This document shows positions 50,391 through 63,099 of a stretch of DNA of 64,000 nt, piece by piece. Under the pieces are notes generated by a model. The model was not told the origin of the DNA and did no database searches. It saw only the letters and a list, made by a program, of their open reading frames with translations. This stretch comes from Pecten maximus (taxonomy: Eukaryota). Position numbers and translations under genes: made by a program. Numbering within the stretch: position 1 is the stretch's first letter; each line of letters begins with the position of its first letter. Where the stretch lies: assembly GCF_902652985.1 (NCBI RefSeq), contig NC_047016.1, positions 28,086,001 through 28,150,000 on the forward strand, in the 5' to 3' direction.

Positions 50391-53300
50391 CTTTGTAAAT
50401 GAATAATAGAAGCAGTGTGAAGTCGACGTATGTTATTCTTATCAAAAACTTCCTTGTTAGAGAGTCAACCAAATGTCATAGTCACTGTGTAGGAGATAAT
50501 GGAAAGCATATGTTGATGCACGAGCGGAAGCGTCTTATGTATGACTTTTTCGCGTGCATGCATTCTGATGATCGTAATTACTTATGTAACCAGCTTTAAA
50601 AGCACGTGCTAGTAGGACGGTACATCACGCTCAGGATGATCTGTACTTATATGAGTCATACATTGTTACTTACTATCTTATATTAAATTCCTATTTAAAT
50701 ATGTTATTCACTTTTTTGTCTTCTGTTGAGTTCTGTGAGACACCTGTGTATTTGAACTTGTCGTTATTTTGAAAGAAAACAATTATAAAACATATTACGT
50801 GATTTATTTCTACGTTCTTTGTAATTGTCAGTAATTCGTTGATAGGGCGTATGGTATCGCAAACGTATCCTACACTATCATTCCTTTGAATTAAATTTGA
50901 TATTTACTTTATCACCAAGAAAACGCTTATGTTGAATAACTGATTGTCACTATTTATATTGTTGTCATATGTGGGGATGTAGATCAGACAAATACTTCTT
51001 GTATATGGGCAGGGAAGAGCAATGAGTCTTACTGTGGTTGCCATCTGCTAAAACATGTCGGATTGACATTTTCCTGTTATGCCTTCAATTGGAAATTATT
51101 TATCTCAGTTCCATTTACTTAATTGTTTTGCAGGAGATGTATTGTCCCCAATTGCAGTATCTTGGTTGTCGTCAACAATCGGCCGAATTGTTGCGACTGG
51201 AATATATTCCTGGCTGTCAGATGTCAGCTAGTACTGATGACCTCTCCAAAGGACAAACTCTGATAAACCATTCCTCCAATGTGATGTATTTTCGCATGTG
51301 ATGACGTGTGTATTTATAATCCTACACAGGCTTTATCTTGGTTTACCAGCCCGCCTATAATCAGGTATTTTACACATTGTTAGTCACGTTATTCTAGCTG
51401 TTATACACAGACTTATTTGTGTACATTGCTGATTTTTTTTATATTATATTATTCAATCAGATACATGTAGGTAGATAAAACACAAGTTGTGATATCCAGC
51501 ATTATCTAGGACTGCCCTCCTGTCGCAGAACATTTCCTGCATTACTTTTTAATGTAAAAGGCTTATTTAGCTAACAAATATATCCAACAGTTTGCACCTT
51601 TTGCAACACAGTTACAATAAAAGCAACAGGTTATAACCACTTACATGTATTTCATAGCTGATGTTACAATTAAACACTCAACTGCTTGTGTGGTCGAGTA
51701 ATACTCATTATTAACGGGTTAAATGTTCACTATCGCGGCCTTTCGGCCGTTCAGTGGACGAGTCATCCAATTACACCAAACGTCACAGGTATAACTACTA
51801 ATGTACTGGCGTGTTAAACGGTATGAGTCAACCCCGTATGTAATCCAGTTACACTCAACTTTGTAGTCATAACTCATGTTACCGGCGTGTTACACAAAAA
51901 TCATCTCCTAAGCCATTTACACTAAACTTTGTAGTGATAATTACTGTCATCAGTTAACCTAAACTAATCGGCATGTAATATATTTGTAAATATGATGTAA
52001 CCAATCACATTATATTATAATCCGCCAATAGGAATTAATCTACGTGTTTAAAGTATAGTTTTACAATAGTCTTTATAATGTTTTTATCTATTTGATAGAG
52101 TTAACTCCGTTATGAGAACTATGAAAGGTGATAAGACAACAGCCTGTCTAAAAAAAACGCGTGACATTGTTCCACATTCATACTTATCGATATGAAAGAC
52201 GGATTCGAGTGATTTTACGTATGTTACCTTTCGGATCTTATCTTAATAAATGTCTAGACATTGGCCTTAGCATCACTACTTAGCATACGTCGGGTGAAGT
52301 AAAGTTTAATTACCTGGATTACAATTAAAATACTAATTCATTTGGTTATACGGATCGCTTTGGTATGTTTTGTATTGTGATTATTTGTGCGTCAAGGGAT
52401 ATTTCAGGTTTTAAAAATGTTTGAGTTTATTAATATAAATCTTAATACGATGAGTAAATAGCTTTAAAGAGGTTCACATGAAAACCTCTCATGCATGATA
52501 AGATGAAGAAAATAAGAAAATGCCTATGCATCATTCACAATAAGATATAGTGCAGGTAAATTGTCTAAGAAGTTAAAATTGAACCTACTACAGTATGTAA
52601 CAGATCACATTATAGTAATTACGTATTGGTGTACAATCATCTCCACCCAGATATTGCTAGAGACATGCGCCATATTGACATATTAAACAGGCGCATTTCA
52701 ATTTAAATGTTGTATGAGGGATATATATTTAAGCGTCTTCTATGATAGAATTCAAGTAAATTTTCGTTTTAAATGCTTTATTATTATTTTGTTATATTTA
52801 TTCTATTTCATATGTTTTGATATTTTAGATTTTTAAATGTTACATGGTGGACATATATTAATCTAATAACCGATTATTAAAAAAAAGACAGAAAACTTGA
52901 CATTTAAAAACCAAATTCAAAATTCTTTTTTAAAGTACGAGGGAACTACAAACAAAGACATAGATGCACGAAGACCATTGAAAACATACAAAGGGAATGC
53001 GACCATGTGCTGTAATAGGGTAAGCGTCTTCGACGTCATCGACGACACCTGACATTTAAATCTAGGTACAATCCTTATCACATTCTCAAAACCATTCTCC
53101 AATTGGTAAAGATCGCATGTATATTTTTTGTCCATATTCTGTGGTTGTATTCATGAGTTTTAACGAAAGAATTCATAATTAATGATATAAAAGTACTGTA
53201 CATGGAAACTTACTTCCACAGGTTTTCTGATTAAATAAATGTTTCCTTTGCTTTGCTGTGTCCAGGTTCCATGTTGTGGTTTTGTAATGAGTTATCATTA

Positions 53301-53697
53301 TATCTATATATATATTTTATCCATAAAGCAGAAAGTTAATCTGATCTCCTTTCCCTCAATAAATGGAAAATAAAACATTGGTGTTGTAAAAAATAGTTTA
53401 TTACGTAGCTTTAAATGTTTAATGATACATTTGCATTGTATAATGCAATATCTATCTAGCTAATGTGGAACTGGGTATATCACATTCATGATATAACTTC
53501 GTTATCGTTACCAGTTGGTGAAAAAGTAATACGATTCTGTCACAGTGATGATGGATTTTACTGAATACGGCCAACATTTCTGTAATCATTAATAACATGC
53601 TGCTTTCACTTTTACTACATATTGTCATTCAGCCATAAGTCGGACATTGATTGTTGCTGATAATTTCTGTTCATGACTCAAGAAAATTGCCTATTGT

Positions 53698-56600
53698 TTA
53701 TTTTTTGCCTACAACTGGGACGGGAACAGTACTCATGACGAACAGACCTCTTGGCACGCAATTGAGGATATCCTGCCTCCAAATGAAGTAGGGTTTGCAT
53801 ACTTTCTCGAAGGCGTCTCCATACTGGTCACAGTGAATATACTTCTGGGGATCACTGGGATGAGGGTAGAAGAAAAGATCAGGAACGGTTCCACATGGCT
53901 TACTGTTAGATCCAAAGGAGCCCTTGGTGGGATCTACAACAACCTCTCGGTACAGACAGGTGAGTGTGGCCTGGTCCCAGAAGTGGTGAGGATCGCAGAA
54001 CTTCACCACAGCAACATACGGGAGATTGTAGCATTCGATGTATGCCTGATCATCGTTAGGATATGGAAAGAAAAATAGTCCATTTAGAATGTTTTCTGGT
54101 GTGCAGGGGTTGCCAGTCTGGACGACAGCGTTCGTTGGTCTTGGTGTAACTGACGGCAGAGGGGTCATGGTGGTCCTGGGGAGAGTGAAGGTCATCGGCA
54201 TTCCTGGTACACACGTCTGTGCCTGAAGATCAAATACTTCCATAAATGGACATAGCACTTCAAACACGTTACCATGTCCATCACAGTACAAGAAGCGGTC
54301 GTTCCTCAGAGGGTGTGGGAAGATCTGGATACGACTGCCTGAGCATGGGTTGGGGATAGCTGAAAAGAAAATCAGGTTTTTCCGTCATAAAAATGAAAAA
54401 AAATCGATTTAAGATATCTTACTATACGTTATATCGCTCCCATGATATATAGAAACGTTTTTCTCTACCTTAAAGCACATGATATACCGATATAATCCAG
54501 GTCTCAAATTTACAACTCTATACGGTATATCGATATGTCGTGTAAACACGAATTCCATGCAAACATGTCATCTCGGATTGAACTTGAAGAAATCATAAAC
54601 TAATTGGATGATGTTTTCATCCTTCTTTATTAAGGAGACGATATTTCTCCTTTTACAAATAATACACCACTATCAGCATAAGTTTCCTATGTTGTTATAC
54701 TTACAGTACGGTGGAGGGACAATCATGTACTGGCTACCGAAAAGTGTCTGGGCTGAGCAGTTGACAATGATCCGTCCAGCTTCTATACACAATAGGTTGT
54801 TATCTACAACACACAAGGCGTAGTTAGAATTTGCCTGGGTAATATTATATATGACTTTGGGTTCTTTGGATAATTAATGTCAATAGAACTTTAAATAGGT
54901 ATACGGATTGCTGTAACATCACTATAATGCCCCGTTTCATCCATATTCCTTAATTTAAGTCCAGAATTTAAATAGAAAAGTTTAATTGGATTTAACGGCA
55001 AAGAATAGTTAAGGAACTATCCTGTAATAATATGCTTTCCTATGACAAATTTTAGTTGAAAAATTAGCTTAACTTAAGGAGGATTGATGAAATGTTTGAT
55101 AATACTTACATGGTCGGATATTGTTTCCCTCCTCTACTGTAATGTTAAAGTTTCCGGCACACGTCTTGGTAGGGTATGTGGACATGACGGCCAGAGCCAC
55201 TGACCTGTTACCCCTCACATAGAACGACTGACCAGCGTTGATGTCGGCGATTTTGTAGAACTCATTCAGTACAGGACTGGGGTTTGCTGACGTCAGAGAT
55301 CCAAACACTGAGACGGTGCCATCAGTTGGTGTGATCTATATACCAGTAAAAGTTAATTTAATACTGAGGAATTACTTCAACATAAGTCATAGAGGGTCCC
55401 ATTTGTTCTTAAACAACTCTAGTGCGTACGGATTTTATGCTTTAAGTTGCCATATATGCATACTGTACACGTTCATATTTTAGCGGTTATGTTATTTTAG
55501 GGATTTTTGCGATTGAAGCATTCTGCTAAGTTATGATTGCGCTAATTGCACTTTCGATTAAACTGTTTCTATATTAAACAATATTAGCGCGCCAATTCAT
55601 CAATGCGCTAATCTGTTAGAATTTGAAAATGCCCCAAAAATTGAGTGCGTCAAATAAAAGAACGTTTACAAGTATGCTGCTCAAATATTTTATTGCAAAT
55701 TTAATGTTTTCTATATGTGTTAAATACTAAGAGGCGTGGTAGGTCCTAGCTCACATTTACAGTTCTTTACATATTTTCAATCAAACAATTTAACATTTGA
55801 TTTCTTAATATAAATTCAACTTCATTTTATGTGGTTTTGTTGTTTAATGGTACGTTTCATTTGACTTATATGGCTGCTGAGATATCGTCATGCTTTGTCG
55901 TAAAACATCTCTTCAGAATTTCTTGTATACAGTTTGTTTCTTGTTGTTATAATGTTCACTCCCTCTGTATGTATTTAAGCATTGAACTGTTTTTGTATGG
56001 TATTTATGATCTATTATGGTCGCGTGTTTTTTGGCAAACAAAATAGTACATGGAAAGTTTTTTTAAAAACTCAATTTTGTTAATCATTTGATTATCAACG
56101 TAATGCACAAATGGCATATTTTTCATAACAAATAATGTAGACAAAATAATTAGTCGTTAAACTTAATTATCCTGGATATTGTTGTTCCGGTATGTGTTGT
56201 ATTAATACGCTGATAAGTGTAGCGCGTGATGGGTGGCATTTAAAAGTACATCAACGCCAGAGCTCTCAAACAGACTACTAGTATATAGTGACAATGCCAG
56301 ACAAATGTAAATATTGAGCTACCAACACCGGTATCTTACCGTGACTGTGGTGCCTGCTGTGATGTTGGGTAAGATCTGCACGTTGATGTCACTTCCACAA
56401 TTGTACTGGTAGTTGTTTGGGGTCAGGATGGCGGCGGCTATAACATATCACCATGTCTTCTCTCATATTGTATATTAACAAAGAGTTATGCCTTATTAAA
56501 TTTCTTGGGGATATATTGAAGCCGCATGTATCCAGACAATTTCACTGCATTAAAGTCCAGTCGCTTCCCGTTTCGTTCTACCCATGTCATCGCCCTAGCA

Positions 56601-59600
56601 CATTATTTTCTTAACAAATTTAATGATACTTCATAAAAGTGTAGTGGAAAAGTGTCTCTAATTAGTTCTTAGTTCAGGATGTAAAGGTCAATTACTTCCT
56701 ATAACAAATATTTTGATCAAATGATAAAGATGTAATGTATACTAGCATGTCAATACGTCTTAATTCAGCACACTTATATATATATATAAATGTGATTACA
56801 TCTCAAGGGAACAACCAACCAATTGAAAAAAAATATATTTTTGAAACAGCCCCTGTGTATAGAAAGTTGAGCCAAGGATAAAATGTCTGGCAGCCACTGA
56901 TTGGCCAGTATGTTATGAAGTGAGAAAATAGATATGTAGCCTGATAGGTAACTATCAATAAGAAATGTTGATATAAATTTCGTAAGTCCGATTGATTTTT
57001 TCCCAAAAGTTGAGCTGAAGGACTCAACTTTTTTTTTGATTAGGTGTTATATCAGACCCTAAATTTTTGTTATAAACCATAATTGTCATATTGAATTCAA
57101 GAATTTGAATGAAATACTCCAAAACGTTAACACTAAGGTCTATGGGAAAACAATTGGTTGGTTGGTCCCTCAAAGTTGTTCGATACAATATTACGGAGAT
57201 ATAACGTTTCACGCGTTTCATTTCAAAAGTATTATTTCTTCCCGCCAGTTATCAAGTTATTGCTGCTATCAAAACTGTTCTTTATCACAACCCCACGATA
57301 CTGTGCTCGGCATAGATATATAAACCCATTCGATTTCTGGTATTAGACACTTATGTATTCATATGAATTAACGCGATACACTTTTTAACACAGTCTGGGA
57401 CATATTTACTTACCTTTACATGAAACACTCTGGATTTCAGTTTTCAGACTGTCCAAGTCAGCGTAGCTGTTGAGAATTTGTGAGTGAGTACAGCTAGGAG
57501 CACTGGCAATCCCGTCTAATTCGATCTACAAGTAAGTATTTTATTGTTTGTTTTAGCTGAATGACGAACAATGACTTTAATTTAAGTTTCGAGATTGGGG
57601 ACATCCGTATAAGGGGGATGACCATGACGCCATCAGATTTATTAGATTAAATCATCTTTGGAGTCGTACCAACACCACAGGACAGAGTTGCCTACCTTGT
57701 TTGCACTTTGTGTGACTCCGAGCGTGAAGATGGTAATTCCACTTCTTCTGGCGTTGTTGGCAGCAATTTGTGTGTTAACTGTGTTTTCTGACCTACCATC
57801 AGTGATCAAAATCATCACCTGTATAACAGAGAGGACAAATGTTGAAGTCGGTTTCTACTCCAAACTTCCTTTCCCATGACATGTTCTATTGTGTCTAATG
57901 ATTTTAAACTACCGTGGACATCTTAGTGTATCGATAGTTCGATGATAATTGTAAACTGCTGTGGCCATTGTAAACTCACGTGGACATTTTACTATATTCA
58001 TAGTTCGATAATGATTGCAAACTCCCGTAGACATATCACTGTATTGATAGTTCGATGATAATTGTAAACTGCTGTGGCCATTGTAAACTCACGTGGACAT
58101 TTTAAAATTAAATGGAAAGATTGAGAAAAAGATCACCGAGTAGGGTGAGAGTACTTTACAGAATGAGAGTACGGTGTAGGGTGAGAGTATCGGGTATGGT
58201 GCGAGTACTTTATAGAATGAGAGAATCGGGTAGGGTGAGAGTACTTTATAGAATGAGAGTACGGTGTAGGGTGAGGATATCGGGTAGGGTGAGAGTACTT
58301 TATAGAATGAGAGTACGGTGTAGGGTGAGGGTATCGGGTAGGGTAAGAGTAGTTTATAGAATGAGAGTACGGTGTAGGGTGAGAGTACCGGGTATGGTGC
58401 GAGTACTTTATAGAATGAGAGAATCGGGTAGGGTGAGAGTACTTTATAGAATGAGAGTACGGTGTAGGGTGAGGGTATCGGGTAGGGTGAGAGTACTTTA
58501 TAGAATGAGAGTACGGTGTAGGGTGAGGGTATCGGGTAGGGTGAGAGTACTTTATAGAATGAGAGTACGGTTTAGGGTGAGAGTACGGAAGGGATAGATT
58601 TATTCTCACGGCGATGCTAATGATATCATGTACTTGAAGAAACCATGAAGATAGACAAAGTGAATATATCCCCAGAGTTGAGATTACTTTTATGTCCACA
58701 CGGAAGAGAATTCTTACATAAACCTAGCAAAGTGTTGGACGTTTACCTTAGCCGCACCGTTCCGTGCACCATTAACGGTAGAGAAGACTTCATTGACGGT
58801 TTTGTCAATGGCGGCTGCAGTATTGGTACCGCCTGGACTGTAGACAATACCATCGACCGCCTTCTTTACTGCATCCTTGGAATTGAATTGGTTCAGCAGG
58901 AAAGAGGCCTTAACAGCTGTGCTGAATTCTACCACTCCAACACGAACAGTTTGTGTTCCGATGTCGAACTGGTCGATCACATCACTAACAAACTTCTTTG
59001 TAATGTCAAAATCGGTAGGAGACAGACTAGCTGAGCTGTCCAGGACGAAAACTAAGTCAATAGCATTGGTGCTGCGACATCCTGTCAACAGAATCAGGGA
59101 TGGTTACTGTAATTACCGTGTACAAATAACAAAGATAAGTTCTGTTTCTTATATAATGTGTATAGCTTTCATTGATCTTCATTTACTCGTTGAAATATGT
59201 ATGGAAAAGAAATAAATTATATCAAAGCGGTGATGAGGAACTATTCCAGGTTCTGACTTATTTGTTCGGAATTAAAGCCCAAAGACAGATCTTCTTTAAA
59301 TGTGCATGGCATTATTATGTTCAATTTGATGCCTGCATCATTACTACATCTTTAGCTTTATTTCGACAAAAGGAAATTAAAAGATATGTGGTCATTTTCG
59401 TTAAAATGTTAATGTGTTTAAAAACAATTACAAAACATTGTTACCAATAACATTGCCTGGTCTGTTCAATGCATATAACTAACCTCCCTGTAACTCGTTT
59501 ACTGCACTGTAGTATGCATGGGCCTCAAAAATGGTGTGCTTGGTGGTGTTGATCCAGAATGAGCTCTGCTTCTCCACTGAGCTTGGAAGGGAATCCGAGC

Positions 59601-61735
59601 CCGCCTTCAGGAGCGTATACAGAGCTGCAGCCACCCCGGAGTAAAGAGGCTTCCTCAGGTCCTCCCACCTAGCGGCTGACCAGTCGATAGTAAGAGTGTT
59701 CCTAAGGAGAGCCCTGGCTGTAGCCAGCATCCCAGACGTTTGTGTCTGTAGGAACTGGTCCTCGTCAATCTATGTATAGAAATCATAAAATAAGTATAGC
59801 TAGTGTAAAATTCGGTTTTACGTTAGGATTTATAATAGCAGTCAACATCAATATACTAATTCCATTTCCGTGGTAGAAAATGGTATAAATACCATATTCA
59901 ATAGAAAGGAACATACCACTTTATTAGTTATAATTGTGAAGAGTTTCAACCCTTAGATTTCCGTCTGCATGATATCGAGATGACACGGCATCAAACGTAT
60001 TGCCTTACTTTTTAGCTAAATTATCAAGGTATAATAGGCTTGGTTTGGTGTTGCTTTCTGTTCAGCTCAGCAACAGCCTTAAATTATAGTATAAATATTT
60101 TAAAGGTATTGAGTTGATCTTCTATAGTCCTTTCTTTCACATTCTGAACAAATATAGTTGAAGATACGTTCGATAAATCTAATTTAGACAGTGCTGCTTC
60201 AAATATTTAAATCATGTGTGTTCAGTTAATCTGCCTTAGGAATATCAAAACTGAAATTGATATCGAAATGTATCGGATATTGATTGTAAGTTACATACGG
60301 AAGAACAACGATAAGATGAACAGTATCAAATGCGAGATCATTTCTATGATACCCTGATGAAACAAGAAAATGTCTATAGTTTGATATCTTCTAAACAGAA
60401 GCTAGCGAAATAAGATTGTTTAGTTAAGTTACACAACATACCAATATACATTTATCATTCCCCTAGTTTCGTACTATAAAAACTACGATATACATGACAC
60501 GACATGTTTGGCCACAATGTTTGACCTGTAGAAAAATAAACATAGATACATCAACGAGGTCTTCCAGTAATTTAAGCATCCGCATGGTAAAATATTTACC
60601 ATTGTATGGCACTGCCACTATATAACCCTACCAATTCAGTTGCGAGTTCACAAGCTTTTGAACTGCCAACTGAAATTTGAATTTGAAAATTTCAAAAAAA
60701 AAATCGCACGACAAATAAAAAATCGCAGATGGTAAATATAAGCATTGAACGGCTTTCAGTTGGCATTCATAGTCAATATGAATGCCAACTGAAAGCCGTT
60801 CAATGCTTAAATGAACTACAGGGTTTACCGTAATTCCCAGTAGATATTATTAGTAATTATCATTATTAGGAAAGTGATTTTAAAACGAGATTGAAGTAAA
60901 CTATATTGTGTTTTATCAATGCTGCCGATACAAGATCTTGTTCATAAATACTGTTAACATATTTTAGCGATAATCCTGTTTAAGTGGTTTTCACGTTAAA
61001 AACGTTCTGCTGAATGATGATCGCGCTAATTGCAGTTTCTAGCAATGTGCTCCAGAATAGGTACGTTTACGGTAGCTTGTTTATATTTGAGATAGCCGTT
61101 TCATTGAACCTTAAGGTTTATTAAATGGTAAAAATAATAATAATGATAGCAATAATGATACAATAGTTTTATCATATTTCTGCCTAGCTTAGTATCATGT
61201 GTCTACATATAATCATAATACAACTTAGGAGTTGCACAGAATCCTAATCCTTACTGTTTGTATACATATATGTTATTAATTGACACACACCTGTGATTTG
61301 CATATGCATTTATTACAAGATGTTTATATACCAAATATCGAATATAGATAACCGCATCATAAAGTCATTTTCGTCCATCTGACTATTCAGTAGTGCTCAA
61401 TCAGTAAATGAGTGAAAATCCAGAAAACATGTACACCCATACAAGGACGTTTGAAATGATGTCCTTTTGTCATACTAACAACACTAACTCACCTGCCAAA
61501 TTCCACCATAGTACCCGAACCTGTAGGTGTCGTTAGCCGTACCGTCCTTGGATTCAACATATGCCAACCTTCGGAGGTAGAGTTTGTCGCTTGGGAATAT
61601 ACAGGACTCGTGGATGAGATTGATCACAGCCTCCACTACGGCAGAGCCACTGGCCTCGGGAACCCTTGTTTGATCCTGTATCTGGCCACTACACAGATAC
61701 ATCAAGCCCAAACCTAACAGTATTCTTGAAATCAT
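53698..61735 (-). CDS. Secreted multidomain protein, paralog B: signal peptide + lysozyme/SLT-like domain (Glu retained) + VWA + beta-rich domain + 3 chitin-binding type-2-like repeats; exons 61735-61493, 59769-59484, 59081-58747, 57818-57696, 57525-57414, 56437-56340, 55335-55110, 54803-54705, 54359-53698 (~727 aa)
   Basis: All 8 introns GT-AG and phase-consistent. Signal MISRILLGLGLMYLCSG; YLRRLAYVESKDG...GGIWQ|ID; VWA DLVFVLDSSAS...GGTNT...VMILITDG; three NPC/KPC...PHP...C...C...C repeats with a Pro/Thr-rich linker. Confidence 0.9.
57910..58102. repeat. Degenerate intronic tandem repeat
   Basis: gatagttcgatgataattgtaaactgctgtggccattgtaaactcacgtggacatttt occurs at ~57932 and ~58046, with partial copies between. 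Confidence 0.7.
58141..58590. repeat. 18-bp-monomer minisatellite (~25 monomers) with higher-order 54/36-bp arrangement
   Basis: Monomers tagggtgagagtacttta / tagaatgagagtacggtg / tagggtgagggtatcggg; lies in an intron of paralog B. Confidence 0.93.
60571..60812. mobile_element. Third (inverted) copy of the fold-back element at 20855-21350
   Basis: Reverse complement of ~21190-21350 plus the terminal hairpin taagcattgaacggctttcagttggcattcata...tatgaatgccaactgaaagccgttcaatgctta. Confidence 0.85.
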
Positions 61736-61837
61736 TATGATTTGTCGTTTGAATTACAAAAAACAAACTGAACTAGCCTCCTCCTATAGGGGAGAAGTAT
61801 GGCCAGGTATATTCGCTCTCCAGTTCCTAGGTGAGAG

Positions 61838-61870
61838 ACGATGACAGGGTTAGGATTTTCGTTTTATATA
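61838..61870 (-). promoter_or_regulatory. Candidate TATA box and initiator of paralog B
   Basis: Minus-strand TATATAAAA at 61870-61862 with TCATC ~28 nt downstream, ~105 nt before the ATG at 61735. Confidence 0.4.
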
Positions 61871-63099
61871 CCCAGCAGTTGGACAAGTCACGACATTAAC
61901 TTTCTACACCTCAAATCCATTGTAATGTATCTTAAGTGTATTCTGTCAATCAGAAAAGATTTTTATCTCGTTACGCCTCTATCATAAACAAACAACCCCC
62001 ACCTACAACACTGGATAATGTCTCACGATAACCTATGCAAATCAGAAAGAGTCGTCAACTACACCACAGTGCGGGAAATATTTCGATAGCCTTACTTATG
62101 ATGACTATTTGTTCTTTGATAGACCATAAGCCGGTATCTATGAAGACGGAGCACGTATAGTCGAACGCCCGTCCAAGGGTGGCGTCACTCCGAGGAAGAT
62201 CGCTTGGTTAGTGCTGACTTTGGCGTGGCTCGGTCACATTAACCCTTTAGCTAAAACATCTCCCTCGTTATCTTAATGGACATTTAATACTTTGAAATTT
62301 GTAATTAAAATCAATCTTAAATTTTTGCTCTACTTAATTGGTGACTTTTGTGCCAATGGGTCATGTCTACATTCTCCTGTAGTCTGTAAACACCTAAGAC
62401 GTAGTCTACATTGCGTGTGTTACAATTTTATAAAATATGCTATTATTGTTTACAGAAATAGGTGTACACAAATTCTACATGAATGCTTTTCAATGTCATT
62501 GTTTGTTAGTTTTAATGTTTGTCGTATTTGGAATATACGATATGACTCCTTTATTAATTATGTTTTAGTAACAGATATCTAACCATTGCAACCAGTATAC
62601 ATAATGGTATAGCATTCACAACTTTAATGTATTTCATTTTACGGGTTTCTTACTGAAAAGTATAATGTGGTGTACTTAATGAAAAAGAGATTTAATTACA
62701 TGATTGGTCAGTTTCAAGTCAACGTTTATCTTGTATCAAATCCAGCTACTTTATATTAATATAGAAAGCTGGAATATGCACCAAAAAAATACATAAAATT
62801 TGCTACGTAATAACCGAATTAACTTTTCCACTGCTATGCTGACCATGTAATACATCATATACTGTCATATCAAACTTCCGATCAGTGTCCTGATTTTCAA
62901 GACAAGAATCTTTCACTGGTTATAAACACTACGATCTTAATAAACTTGCAGAAGTGTAAGGCGAATCTAGGGAGAGAAACACAGATAATATCCCCATAGA
63001 GATGTGTTCATTGAATATGGTTTAAGACGGTATCAATACTCGATTATAAAAGGCCACTACTGGGATTGGTCTTATTATAAACCGTAACTCGAACTCAAA

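Noticed and set aside
58112-58699. 161-aa and 188-aa repetitive ORFs
   Set aside because: By-products of an 18-bp tandem repeat inside an intron of paralog B.
44251-61735. Naming the paralogs Pif or BMSP
   Set aside because: They share VWA and chitin-binding domains but have an extra N-terminal domain, a single VWA, and no acidic/basic aragonite-binding or laminin-G-like C-terminal region.
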